Below are positions 35,149-41,987 of a DNA stretch of 41,987 nt, in pieces. Where the stretch lies: the NCBI GenBank assembly GCA_016793965.1, contig JAEULF010000187.1, positions 1 through 41,987 of the forward strand. Reading direction: 5' to 3'. The position numbers and the translations under genes are program-made. The stretch's first letter is position 1, and every line of letters starts with the position of its first letter. This stretch comes from Alphaproteobacteria bacterium (GTDB lineage: Bacteria; Pseudomonadota; Alphaproteobacteria; JAEULF01). The notes beneath the pieces were generated by a model. It was not told the origin of the DNA and did not search any database. It saw nothing but the letters and a program-made list of their open reading frames with translations.

Positions 35149-36968
35149 CACCACACCTCCGGCTTGACGGGTGCTTTGAAGTCGATCTTCCACCGCTTCT
35201 CGGTCGCCGGGTCGCTCGGCGCGGCAGTCGCGCCAGCGGCAGGCTTGAACGGAACGACGTTCTCGGCGCCGGCAGGTGCGGCCAAGCCGGCGTCATGCTC
35301 GTCGGGCGGTCGTGCGACAGCGGCGGCCAGGCGCTCTTTGTGATCGCGACGGCGTTCCTGCTCGCGCCTGGCCTTGCGCGTGTGCTGGCGCGCCTGCTCG
35401 ACGGTGGCCAGCATCCGCTCGCGCGCCATCAGGATCTGCTCGCCGGTATCGTCCGGCAGCTTGTGCTCCTTCGCGAAACGCTGGGCAGCCTTCCATTCCC
35501 ACAGGCTGATCGACGGCCGGCCCAGATGAACCCAGTCGACGTCGAGATAGGTGCCCATCTTGTTGTCGAGGAAGTAGATCCGGCTGATGTCTCGGGGATC
35601 GCGCCGCACCGTGAATTGCTCGGTTCTCCGGCCCTTCTTGGCGCCGATCAACGGCCGCAGCGCGTGCGCGTGGTAGCGGATCTTGTCCCACTCGACCCCG
35701 TGCCGCTGCACCGAGCGCTTGGCGAGAGGCAGGAAGGTGATCCGCAAATGACGTTCGTCGAACGCTGCCCGCGTGGCGCCGGTGCCAAGCTTGCCGTCGC
35801 CCCCTTCGATCCCCTTCGTCCAGCGCGCGAGCGGGCTCGTGCCGATTCCGTTATGCAGGCGACGGTGGTAGACGTTGACCACCCACTCCGTGAAGTAGCG
35901 CTCGAGTTCGCGCAAGGTCATGCATGCCGTCGCATCGGGATCGTTCTCTCCGCGCTCGGCGACATTGGAAAACGTGGCCCCCGGGATCTCCCGCAAGCAT
36001 CCGTTGATCGTGCCGATGAGCCGCTCGATGTGCCCGCCGTACTTGGGAGCCTTGACGGGCCGGTAGTCGAGCTCGATGCCGAACTCGACGCAGGCGTCCT
36101 GCAGCGCCATTCCGTGGAACTCGCGGGCATTGTCGCAGTGGATCACCGCCGGGAGGCCCGACACCGGCCATTCGCCCTCGACGCCGACTCGCAGCAGCCA
36201 GGGACCCTTCGGCAGGAACGCCTGCTGCAGGCAGAGCCCGACGGTCAACGCGCTCGGATCGTCGAGCGATATGCAATAGCCGGCGATGACGCGGCTGTAG
36301 ACGTCGATCGCAACGGTGAGCGACGGCCGGCCGATCGGCTTGCGGTCCTGCTCGGAGACAAGAATGACGTCGAGCTTGGTGTGGTCGATCTGCACGAGGT
36401 CGAAGGGATGATCGGCGCCGGGAATCGAGCCGATGACCGGTTCGTGCTTGTCGCTCGCTGCCTTCGCGCCGTGCCGACGCCTGACGAGCATCTCGCGGTC
36501 GACCGCCCGGATGCGGTTGCGGATGGTGTTGGCGTGCGGCTTAGGCAGGTGGGCCTTGCGGCAGTAGCGGTAGACCTCTTCGATCGTCCGTGCCTTCTTG
36601 GGCCGCGCCTTGGTCAGGTGGAAGCTCTCGATGACGATCTTGATCGCGGCCTCGACGCGCGGATCGAGGCGCGCTCCGGCCTTGCGACCGCGCGGCTTCG
36701 GGGCGAGGGCGACCCGGCTTCCACCGCCGCGGAGGCGCCCCAGCCAGCGATAGATGGTCGCGACGGAGACCCCGTGTTGGCGCGCGGTCGCTGAGGCCAC
36801 GGCCTGCGTGACCTTGGGGAGCTTCATGAGCGGCGCGATCGCCGCCAAGCGCCGTTCGGCGGCGGCGCGCGCACGCGGCGAGAACGCCTCGAACGGCCGC
36901 TTGCCCGTCTTGTCGGCGGCCTGCGCCGGCGCCAACGCCGGTCTTGCTTGACGTCGCCTAGATCCCAT
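35148..36968 (-). CDS. tnsB: TnsB-type DDE (retroviral-integrase fold) transposase
   Basis: 606 aa. N-terminal HTH (VSVATIYRWL). DDE triad contexts VQIDHTKLDV, IHCDNAREFH and GHIERLIGT. SD GGAGAA upstream. Confidence 0.92.
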   Translation of the reverse strand: MGSRRRQARPALAPAQAADKTGKRPFEAFSPRARAAAERRLAAIAPLMKLPKVTQAVASATARQHGVSVATIYRWLGRLRGGGSRVALAPKPRGRKAGARLDPRVEAAIKIVIESFHLTKARPKKARTIEEVYRYCRKAHLPKPHANTIRNRIRAVDREMLVRRRHGAKAASDKHEPVIGSIPGADHPFDLVQIDHTKLDVILVSEQDRKPIGRPSLTVAIDVYSRVIAGYCISLDDPSALTVGLCLQQAFLPKGPWLLRVGVEGEWPVSGLPAVIHCDNAREFHGMALQDACVEFGIELDYRPVKAPKYGGHIERLIGTINGCLREIPGATFSNVAERGENDPDATACMTLRELERYFTEWVVNVYHRRLHNGIGTSPLARWTKGIEGGDGKLGTGATRAAFDERHLRITFLPLAKRSVQRHGVEWDKIRYHAHALRPLIGAKKGRRTEQFTVRRDPRDISRIYFLDNKMGTYLDVDWVHLGRPSISLWEWKAAQRFAKEHKLPDDTGEQILMARERMLATVEQARQHTRKARREQERRRDHKERLAAAVARPPDEHDAGLAAPAGAENVVPFKPAAGATAAPSDPATEKRWKIDFKAPVKPEVW

Positions 36969-37620
36969 GGGGAGTTCTCCCGGTTCGCAACGAGATGAGC
37001 GCGTCCGGCGTCAATGGCTGGTCGAGATCGGCAGCCAAGAGCCCCCGCGCGAGCGCGGTCCAGAGGTCCGGCGTTGCCGCCAACCGATCCGACGTATCGG
37101 GCCAGGCCGCGCGCAGCAGATCGTCCACCGCCATGCCAGGTGCCGGCTGCGCCAGCGCCAGGATCCGCGCCGCACGCCCAGGATCGAGCTGGCGCCAGCG
37201 GAAGCGGTGCAGCCAGCGCGCGTTCTCCAAGCGCGGTGTGCGGATCTCGCGGCAGGAAACGACCCGGAAGATCGCGCCGATTGAGCGTGCGTGATCTTGC
37301 GCCGCGGCAATCGCCGCCGCTCTCTCCCGGCACCATTTGGCAAGGCGTGCCTCGGGCTTGACCTCGACGAGCTCGGGGGATCGGTCCCCGGCCACCCACG
37401 TGGTCAGGAAGTCCGGCACGTAGCTCCTGCGGCGGCCCCCATCGTCATGCCATTCAATCCGGCAGGGCTGCGCCTCGATCGAACGCAGCATCGGATCGAG
37501 CAGGGTCAGGAGGACGAAGTCGCGCTCGAGAGTGGATTCGACGGCGATCGCCGTGCCTGGACGGACGACAATGCGGGCGGACACGGATCCGCGAGATGGC
37601 GTGACGCGCCGCACACTCAT
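36958..37620 (-). CDS. tnsA: TnsA-type endonuclease (restriction-enzyme fold)
   Basis: 220 aa. Catalytic E/D/K context ESTLERDF...YVPDFL...LVEVKP. Overlaps tniQ upstream and tnsB downstream. Confidence 0.85.
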   Translation of the reverse strand: MSVRRVTPSRGSVSARIVVRPGTAIAVESTLERDFVLLTLLDPMLRSIEAQPCRIEWHDDGGRRRSYVPDFLTTWVAGDRSPELVEVKPEARLAKWCRERAAAIAAAQDHARSIGAIFRVVSCREIRTPRLENARWLHRFRWRQLDPGRAARILALAQPAPGMAVDDLLRAAWPDTSDRLAATPDLWTALARGLLAADLDQPLTPDALISLRTGRTPHGI

Positions 37621-38996
37621 GTATGCCTACGACTCCTGTCTGTGATCGTTTCTTGTTCTCCAGTACCGTTAATGACACTTTTTGGCGAAATCGTGGCATC
37701 GAGCAGGGCGGACCTGAGCGCGCGGTCGACCCAGACGCCCAGGTTCATCCCAGCCCGATGCGCAGCGGTGCGGGCGGCGGCGCGCACCTCCGGCGCGACC
37801 CCCTGGAGCTTCCAATGCCGGTGGGTTCCCCAAGCGATCGCAGTCCGCGCCGGTGCCGTCAGGTGTCCCCGACCGTCCAGGCTGCGACCGACGAGTGTGC
37901 GGAGAGCCGCGAGCGTGGGGCGGATGCCGGCGGCTTCCAAATGCGCTCGTGCCGCGACGACCTCGCCGTCGTCGGTCACCGTCTCCGCGTCGAACAGGTT
38001 CCATCGGATCGCGTGGTGCAGGGCATAGGGCAGGCGCCGGCCGTGCTTGTCGATCAGGCCGGCATGGACACCGACCTGCCTGCAGGCGCCGACGAACCGC
38101 CTCGGCCAATCGGTCATCATCCAGCTCGCAAGCTCCAGCAGCGACGCGCGCCCCGACGGCTCCAGCGCCCTGAAGTCGCGGATCGGCGGCAGGCGATCGA
38201 TGGCGTGCGTCGCGCATTGCGCGACATCTGCCAGATGGGTGCGGAGCGGGCGCGCTTGCGGCCCGACGCAGAACAGGCGGACCAGCCGCTCGAGGATCTC
38301 GAACCAGGCGAGCGACAGGATCGGTCCGTGGCCATCGAGCATCGACCAGAGGTCGCTCGCGTTGCAGAGCATCCGCGACTGCAGTTCGATGACCTGGCGC
38401 GATGCGCGCTCCGGACGGACCGAGCGCAAGTCGTCGCCGCAACGGGCGCAGTCGACGAACAAGCGCTTCGTCCCCCGTCGCATCGGAAGGAGCTGGAACC
38501 CGCAGCTCGGGCAGCGGTTGATCAGGTGGACCGCGTGGTCCGCACATGCCGTCACGAAACTGAGCCGCCAGGAGAGTCGAAGATGCGGTGTGCGATCCTC
38601 ATCGAGGCAATGCCGGCAGACCTGCTGACCGAAGCCGCCCTCGGAGTTGGATGCGGCTCCGGACGGCGGAAGCCAACCAAGCTTTGTGCGGCCGTCATCC
38701 CTCTCGAAGACCGTGCCCGCCCACCGGGCGAAGGTCGCGTTGCGCAGGTCCGGCGCTGCTCGCCCGGTCTTGGCCGCGAGGCGCTCGATCAGCGCTCCCG
38801 GCGCTGCGCGGTCGAGGTCGTAGAGGCCAAGGTGATGCCTCGGGAACAGCGCCCGCATTAGCTCCTGCGGCAAGAGGCCGTTCATCTCGGCGACACGCGC
38901 GAACCAGGAACTGAAGCTCTCGTCTTGCTGCAGCATCGGGCGGCCAGGCCAGAGGCGCTCCGGTTGGTGCTCCGCGCGCAATCCGGGTACTCTCAT
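37617..38996 (-). CDS. tniQ: TniQ/TnsD-family target-selection protein with a C-terminal ribbon-helix-helix-like tail
   Basis: Internal ATG at 38996 (MRVPGLRAE...). TniQ N-terminal signature PGRPMLQQDESFSSWFARVAEMNGL. Zinc-finger-like CRHC...C..H....CPSCG. The first 89 codons of ORF 37617..39263 run through the divergent promoter and are not credible. Confidence 0.85.
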   Translation of the reverse strand: MRVPGLRAEHQPERLWPGRPMLQQDESFSSWFARVAEMNGLLPQELMRALFPRHHLGLYDLDRAAPGALIERLAAKTGRAAPDLRNATFARWAGTVFERDDGRTKLGWLPPSGAASNSEGGFGQQVCRHCLDEDRTPHLRLSWRLSFVTACADHAVHLINRCPSCGFQLLPMRRGTKRLFVDCARCGDDLRSVRPERASRQVIELQSRMLCNASDLWSMLDGHGPILSLAWFEILERLVRLFCVGPQARPLRTHLADVAQCATHAIDRLPPIRDFRALEPSGRASLLELASWMMTDWPRRFVGACRQVGVHAGLIDKHGRRLPYALHHAIRWNLFDAETVTDDGEVVAARAHLEAAGIRPTLAALRTLVGRSLDGRGHLTAPARTAIAWGTHRHWKLQGVAPEVRAAARTAAHRAGMNLGVWVDRALRSALLDATISPKSVINGTGEQETITDRSRRHT

Positions 38997-39054
38997 GGGG
39001 ATGTATACACATAAAACCGGCAAGATTGCCGGCGCGGCATATGTGCAGCAGTCC

Positions 39055-39294
39055 ATGAAGAGATCCCTAACGCCCGATGTCTGCCGCGCAGCCCGCAGCC
39101 TCCTCGGCTGGTCGCGGGAGACGCTGGCCGAGAGATCCAGCGTCGCCGAACGCACGATCATCGACTTCGAGCGGGAGGCCCGGCGACCGCTGCCGCGCAC
39201 GCTCAGGGATCTGGAAGAAGCGATCGCGGCCGCAGGCGTCGATCTGATCGTCGACGGAGGCAAGACAGTGGGCTTGCGCTGGCGGCCAGGTTGA
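39055..39294 (+). CDS. Small HTH (XRE/Cro-like) regulator divergent from the tniQ-tnsABC operon
   Basis: From the internal ATG at 39055 it is 79 aa. The HTH segment is CRAARSLLGWSRETLAERSSVAERTIIDFERE. An earlier start at 38995 is possible. Confidence 0.65.
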   Translation: MKRSLTPDVCRAARSLLGWSRETLAERSSVAERTIIDFEREARRPLPRTLRDLEEAIAAAGVDLIVDGGKTVGLRWRPG

Positions 39295-39590
39295 AGCGCG
39301 CGAGCTCAATGGCGCGACGAACTGCCAAGACAGCGACGCGCTTGACCAGTCCACGCGGATGCACGCAACTGCTGCACGAACGCCCGCGGAGAGGGCTGGG
39401 TGCAGGTAGCGCCCGCGCTCCGCACCTGACCGTCCTGCGAGCAATCGATCCTCGAAGGGCGATCTTCGAAACCGAGCGCGTACGGCTCGAGGCGACGGCG
39501 ACTGGACGCACGCGTTCTGCGATCTCGTGGCAGCCGTCACATTGCCGCCAGCGTCGGGCTGATCATCAGCGAACGACCGACCGATGTCCT

Positions 39591-39613
39591 CACATCAAAA
39601 TCTGAGAGTCGCG
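39591..39613 (+). repeat. Extra TnsB-site-like sequence in left-end orientation inside the right end
   Basis: CACATCAAAATCTGAGAGTCGCG closely resembles site L3 (GACATCAAACAGTGAGAGTGGCC). It points outward, opposite to sites R1 and R2. Confidence 0.4.
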
Positions 39614-39752
39614 CAACCGGCTGATTCAGCGCCAGCATCTGCGGTTCGGGCGGTGCAATCTGCTCGCAGCAATTGATGGCAAGTGACTCATCTGCAATCG
39701 GAATTCGTCGCGACTCGGAGGACCGCCGAGTCGGCCCTTGAGAATCCTGGGC

Positions 39753-39775
39753 CCGCACTCTCAATCTGAGATGTG
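39753..39775 (-). repeat. Putative TnsB-binding site R2
   Basis: The reverse complement CACATCTCAGATTGAGAGTGCGG fits the shared pattern and directly abuts the terminal site. Confidence 0.55.
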
Positions 39776-39802
39776 CACTCTCATTTATTCGTGGAAATGA
39801 CA
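39776..39802 (-). repeat. Right terminal inverted repeat, including the outermost putative TnsB site
   Basis: The reverse complement TGTCATTTCCACGAATAAATGAGAGTG matches 89-115 at 26/27 positions. Confidence 0.9.
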
Positions 39803-39807
39803 TGCGC
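39803..39807. repeat. Target-site duplication, right copy (TGCGC)
   Basis: Identical pentanucleotide to 84-88, immediately outside the right terminus. Confidence 0.85.
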
Positions 39808-39836
39808 CCAACGGTGATCCCGGCAGCCCGGTGTCG

Positions 39837-39910
39837 TGGTTGGGGGACTAGGATTCGAACCTAGACTGGCGGAGTCAGAGTCCGCTGTCCTACCGTTAGA
39901 CGATCCCCCA
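39837..39910 (-). tRNA. tRNA-Gln (anticodon CUG), CCA encoded
   Basis: Manually folded 74-nt cloverleaf. Acceptor TGGGGGA/TCCCCCA (U1-A72), D arm GTCT-AACGGTA-GGAC, anticodon arm GCGGA-CTCTGAC-TCCGC, variable CAGT, T arm CTAGG-TTCGAAT-CCTAG, then A-CCA. Confidence 0.9.
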
Positions 39911-40025
39911 GCAGCCCCGCACAGCATGGCCGGGGCGACGGAGCCGGGACTATGGTGACGCGTCCGGCTGTCGTCAAGTCTAGGCGGACAGCCTTGAAGC
40001 AGGGTTAAGCGCCATGTTCTGGCGC

Positions 40026-41063
40026 TCAGGCTGCTCGCGCGCGGCGTGCCTTCTCGCCCATGGCGCATGCCGTCAGGAAAGCTTGCACGCTGGCCTCGAC
40101 ATTGGCCTTGCCCTGCCCAGCGATGTCATACGCCGTGCCGTGCGCCGGCGTGCAGATCGGGACCGGCAGGCCGCCGAGGACCGTGACGCCCCTCTCGAAG
40201 CCCATGAGCTTCATAGCGATCTGGCCCTGGTCGTGGAACATGGTCAGCACCGCGTCGAATTGCCCGGCCTTGGCCCGCAGGAAAACGGTATCGGCGGGGA
40301 ACGGTCCCTCGACCGCGACGCCCCGCGCCCGTCCCTCTGCCGCGACCGGTGCTAGGACGTCGATCTCCTCACGCCCGAAATTGCCGCCGTCGCCGGCATG
40401 CGGATTGAGGGCCGCCATGGCGATCCGCGGCGGGTCGAAGCCGGCCATGCGCATCGCTTGGTCGGCCAGGACCAGGGAGCCCAGCACGCTCTCGCGCGTC
40501 AGCAGGCTCGCCACCTTGGCCAGCGGCACATGGGAGGTGACGCGCGCGTTCCATAGGGAGCCGAGAACGTTGAACTCGCTTGCCGGCCCATGGAATCCCA
40601 AGACGTCAGCCGCGAAATGGATCTCGTCCTCATACGGATTGCCGGCGAGCTTGAGCGCGGCCTTGTTGAACGGCGTGAATAGCACCGCGTCGACTCGCCC
40701 GGCCTTGGCGAGCTCGAGCGCCAGGCGGAAGTTGCTCATGGCGAAACTGCCTCCGGCTGCCGATGCCTCACCCAGCTTGATCGATGCCGGGTCGCAATGG
40801 CCGAGGTCGAGCATCACCGGGCGGCCCGGCCCGAGATTGGCCTCGGCCGCCTGGCGCACCACGGGCAGGTCTAGCGTGACCTTGGCCGCTGACTCGCCCG
40901 CAGCAAGGATCCGTCTGTCGCCGATGACGAGGATCGCGGCCCCGCCCACGACGTCCTGACGCGCCAGAAGCTTGGCAGCCAACTCGGGGCTGATGCCGCA
41001 GGGGTCGCCCATGGCCATGGCGATCCGGACCGGTGCATCGGCGCGGTCGTTGCGTGCCGTCAT
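40026..41063 (-). CDS. PdxA-family NAD-dependent 4-hydroxythreonine-4-phosphate dehydrogenase-like enzyme
   Basis: Family motifs IAMAMGDPCGISPE, HAGDGG, FHDQG and TPAHGTAYDIAGQG. The start was chosen at the ATG 7-8 nt after GGGAGG (41063); 41069 or 41126 are also possible. Confidence 0.85.
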   Translation of the reverse strand: MTARNDRADAPVRIAMAMGDPCGISPELAAKLLARQDVVGGAAILVIGDRRILAAGESAAKVTLDLPVVRQAAEANLGPGRPVMLDLGHCDPASIKLGEASAAGGSFAMSNFRLALELAKAGRVDAVLFTPFNKAALKLAGNPYEDEIHFAADVLGFHGPASEFNVLGSLWNARVTSHVPLAKVASLLTRESVLGSLVLADQAMRMAGFDPPRIAMAALNPHAGDGGNFGREEIDVLAPVAAEGRARGVAVEGPFPADTVFLRAKAGQFDAVLTMFHDQGQIAMKLMGFERGVTVLGGLPVPICTPAHGTAYDIAGQGKANVEASVQAFLTACAMGEKARRARAA

Positions 41064-41270
41064 CTTCATCCTCCCGCAAGCCGCCAGCCAGGCGTGCAAG
41101 CTCGACCATGATTCTGAATGTTGCATTCAATCTGAGACACGATAATCTTTCCCTCAAGCAAAGAATCCGACGTCGCGGGCGAGACACCCCTCGCTAGCGG
41201 CGCCGGTGGTCGCTTGTCCCCTTTCTGGGGGCAAGAGGCTCGGAAAAGCGCTAAGGGAGGAGATAAAGCC

Positions 41271-41987
41271 GTGAGGAAGCTTGCCGCAGCCGCGGCGGCG
41301 CTGGTCGCCGCCATCGCGTTCGCCGGAACCGCGGACGCGCAGAAAACCCTGCGATACGCCCATGTCGGCGCAGAGGGCGAGGGCCAGACCCGCTTCGCTC
41401 TCGAGGTCGCCAAGCGCGTCAAGGACAAGACCGCCGGACGCATCGAGATCCGCGTCTTCCCGAACTCGCAGCTCGGCAACATCAGCGAGATGATCGACGG
41501 CGTCCGGATCGGGTCGATCGCCATGGGCCACCACGACTTCGCTTCGTTGGACCGCATCGTGGCGGACGTCTCCGTGTTCAACGCGCCCTTCATCTACCGC
41601 GACCCCGGCCATGCCATGCGCGCCACCGCCGAGAGGACCTCGCCGGTCATGCAGGAGATCAACAAGCAGCTGGTCGAGAAGGGCAGCATGCGGATCGTCG
41701 GCAACTTCTACCGCGGCGCCCGCCAGCTCTCGGCGAAATTCGCGGTGAAGTCGCCGGCCGACCTCAAGGGCCAGAAGATCCGCGGCGTGCCGCTGAAGCT
41801 CTGGAACACGATGATCTCCGGCATGGGCGCCATCCCGACGCCGGTGGAGATCGCCGAGATCATCCCGGCGCTGCAGACGGGCCTCGTCGTCGGCCAGGAG
41901 AACCCGCTCAACAACATCATCGCGCGCAAGATGTACGAGGTGCAGTCGCACGTCATGATGACGAGCCACATGGAGAGCGTCCTCTGC
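41271..41987 (+). CDS. TRAP transporter substrate-binding protein (DctP family), 5' partial, runs off the window
   Basis: GTG start preceded by AAGGGAGGAG. Signal peptide VRKLAAAAAALVAAIAFAGTADA, then a stop-free frame to the window end with DctP-like segments (RVFPNSQLGN, FNAPFIYRD, GQENPLNNI). It is absent from the ORF track because no stop lies in the window. Confidence 0.8.
   Translation, partial: MRKLAAAAAALVAAIAFAGTADAQKTLRYAHVGAEGEGQTRFALEVAKRVKDKTAGRIEIRVFPNSQLGNISEMIDGVRIGSIAMGHHDFASLDRIVADVSVFNAPFIYRDPGHAMRATAERTSPVMQEINKQLVEKGSMRIVGNFYRGARQLSAKFAVKSPADLKGQKIRGVPLKLWNTMISGMGAIPTPVEIAEIIPALQTGLVVGQENPLNNIIARKMYEVQSHVMMTSHMESVLC

Larger units (their letters stand above)
89..39802 (-). 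mobile_element. Tn7-like transposon (tniQ-tnsABC core, heavy-metal resistance cargo), 39,714 bp
   Basis: Terminal inverted repeats match 26/27 and begin TGT / end ACA. They are flanked by the 5-bp direct repeat TGCGC. TnsA, TnsB (DDE), TnsC/TniB-like and TniQ genes sit next to one end. Repeated TGAGAGTG-containing sites occur in both ends. Confidence 0.9.

Noticed and set aside
39291-39605. ORFs in the 500 bp between the small HTH gene and the right end (39291..39605 +, 39203..39511 -, 39067..39540 -).
   Set aside because: All are Arg/Ala/Ser/Thr-rich with no motifs, and they overlap one another. The region is more plausibly non-coding transposon-end DNA. It contains the extra TnsB-like site.
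89-39802. The possibility that this is a CRISPR-associated transposon (CAST), given the short TnsC and TniQ.
   Set aside because: I recognised no Cas-like ORF (Cas12k, Cas5/6/7/8) and saw no repeat-spacer array in or beside the element. The insertion next to a tRNA is explained more simply by TniQ/TnsD-type protein targeting.

Overview
This is a visibly GC-rich window: codon third positions are mostly G/C. The gene content looks alphaproteobacterial, but that is inference only. Almost the whole window is one mobile element, a 39,714-bp Tn7-like transposon (89-39802). It is bounded by 27-bp terminal inverted repeats (26/27 identical, 5'-TGT...ACA-3' termini) and a perfect 5-bp target-site duplication (TGCGC at 84-88 and 39803-39807). 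It sits 29 bp downstream of the 3' end of a tRNA-Gln(CUG) gene (39837-39910, minus strand). The transposition module lies at the tRNA-proximal (right) end in the unusual order tniQ-tnsA-tnsB-tnsC, on the minus strand with start/stop overlaps at every junction, plus a divergent small HTH gene. I recognised no tnsE, cas genes or CRISPR array. The cargo is a mosaic heavy-metal resistance island, mainly for copper. It holds a P1B-1 Cu ATPase with a divergent CsoR repressor and operators, a DUF2933/ICMT-like methyltransferase/membrane-protein trio, and CopG (DUF411). It also holds a Met-rich Spy/CpxP-like protein with three 78-bp in-frame repeats, a c-type cytochrome and an OmpR/sensor-kinase pair. 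One operon encodes a small secreted protein, a TolC-family protein, a multicopper oxidase, a cupredoxin and CusF. A plus-strand cluster runs ArsR/SmtB regulator, orphan TRAP DctQM permeases, a P1B-2 Zn/Cd/Pb ATPase, LspA, a DsbA-like protein, Sco, a second multicopper oxidase and a small membrane protein. A Sel1-repeat protein and a Cys-rich-protein/FixH-like/CusB/CusA operon complete the metal genes. The left-end segment is not metal related: an XRE regulator, a decayed ORF, an IS256 relic, a DEDDh exonuclease, a frameshifted thermonuclease and a Cys-phosphatase. Gene fragments mark the module junctions: two DMT/EamA remnants and a second, degraded exonuclease copy next to tnsC. The right chromosomal flank carries tRNA-Gln, a PdxA-family dehydrogenase and the 5' part of a TRAP DctP-type binding protein. 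Only 88 bp of left flank is visible. All product calls come from motif recognition by eye; no database search was possible.
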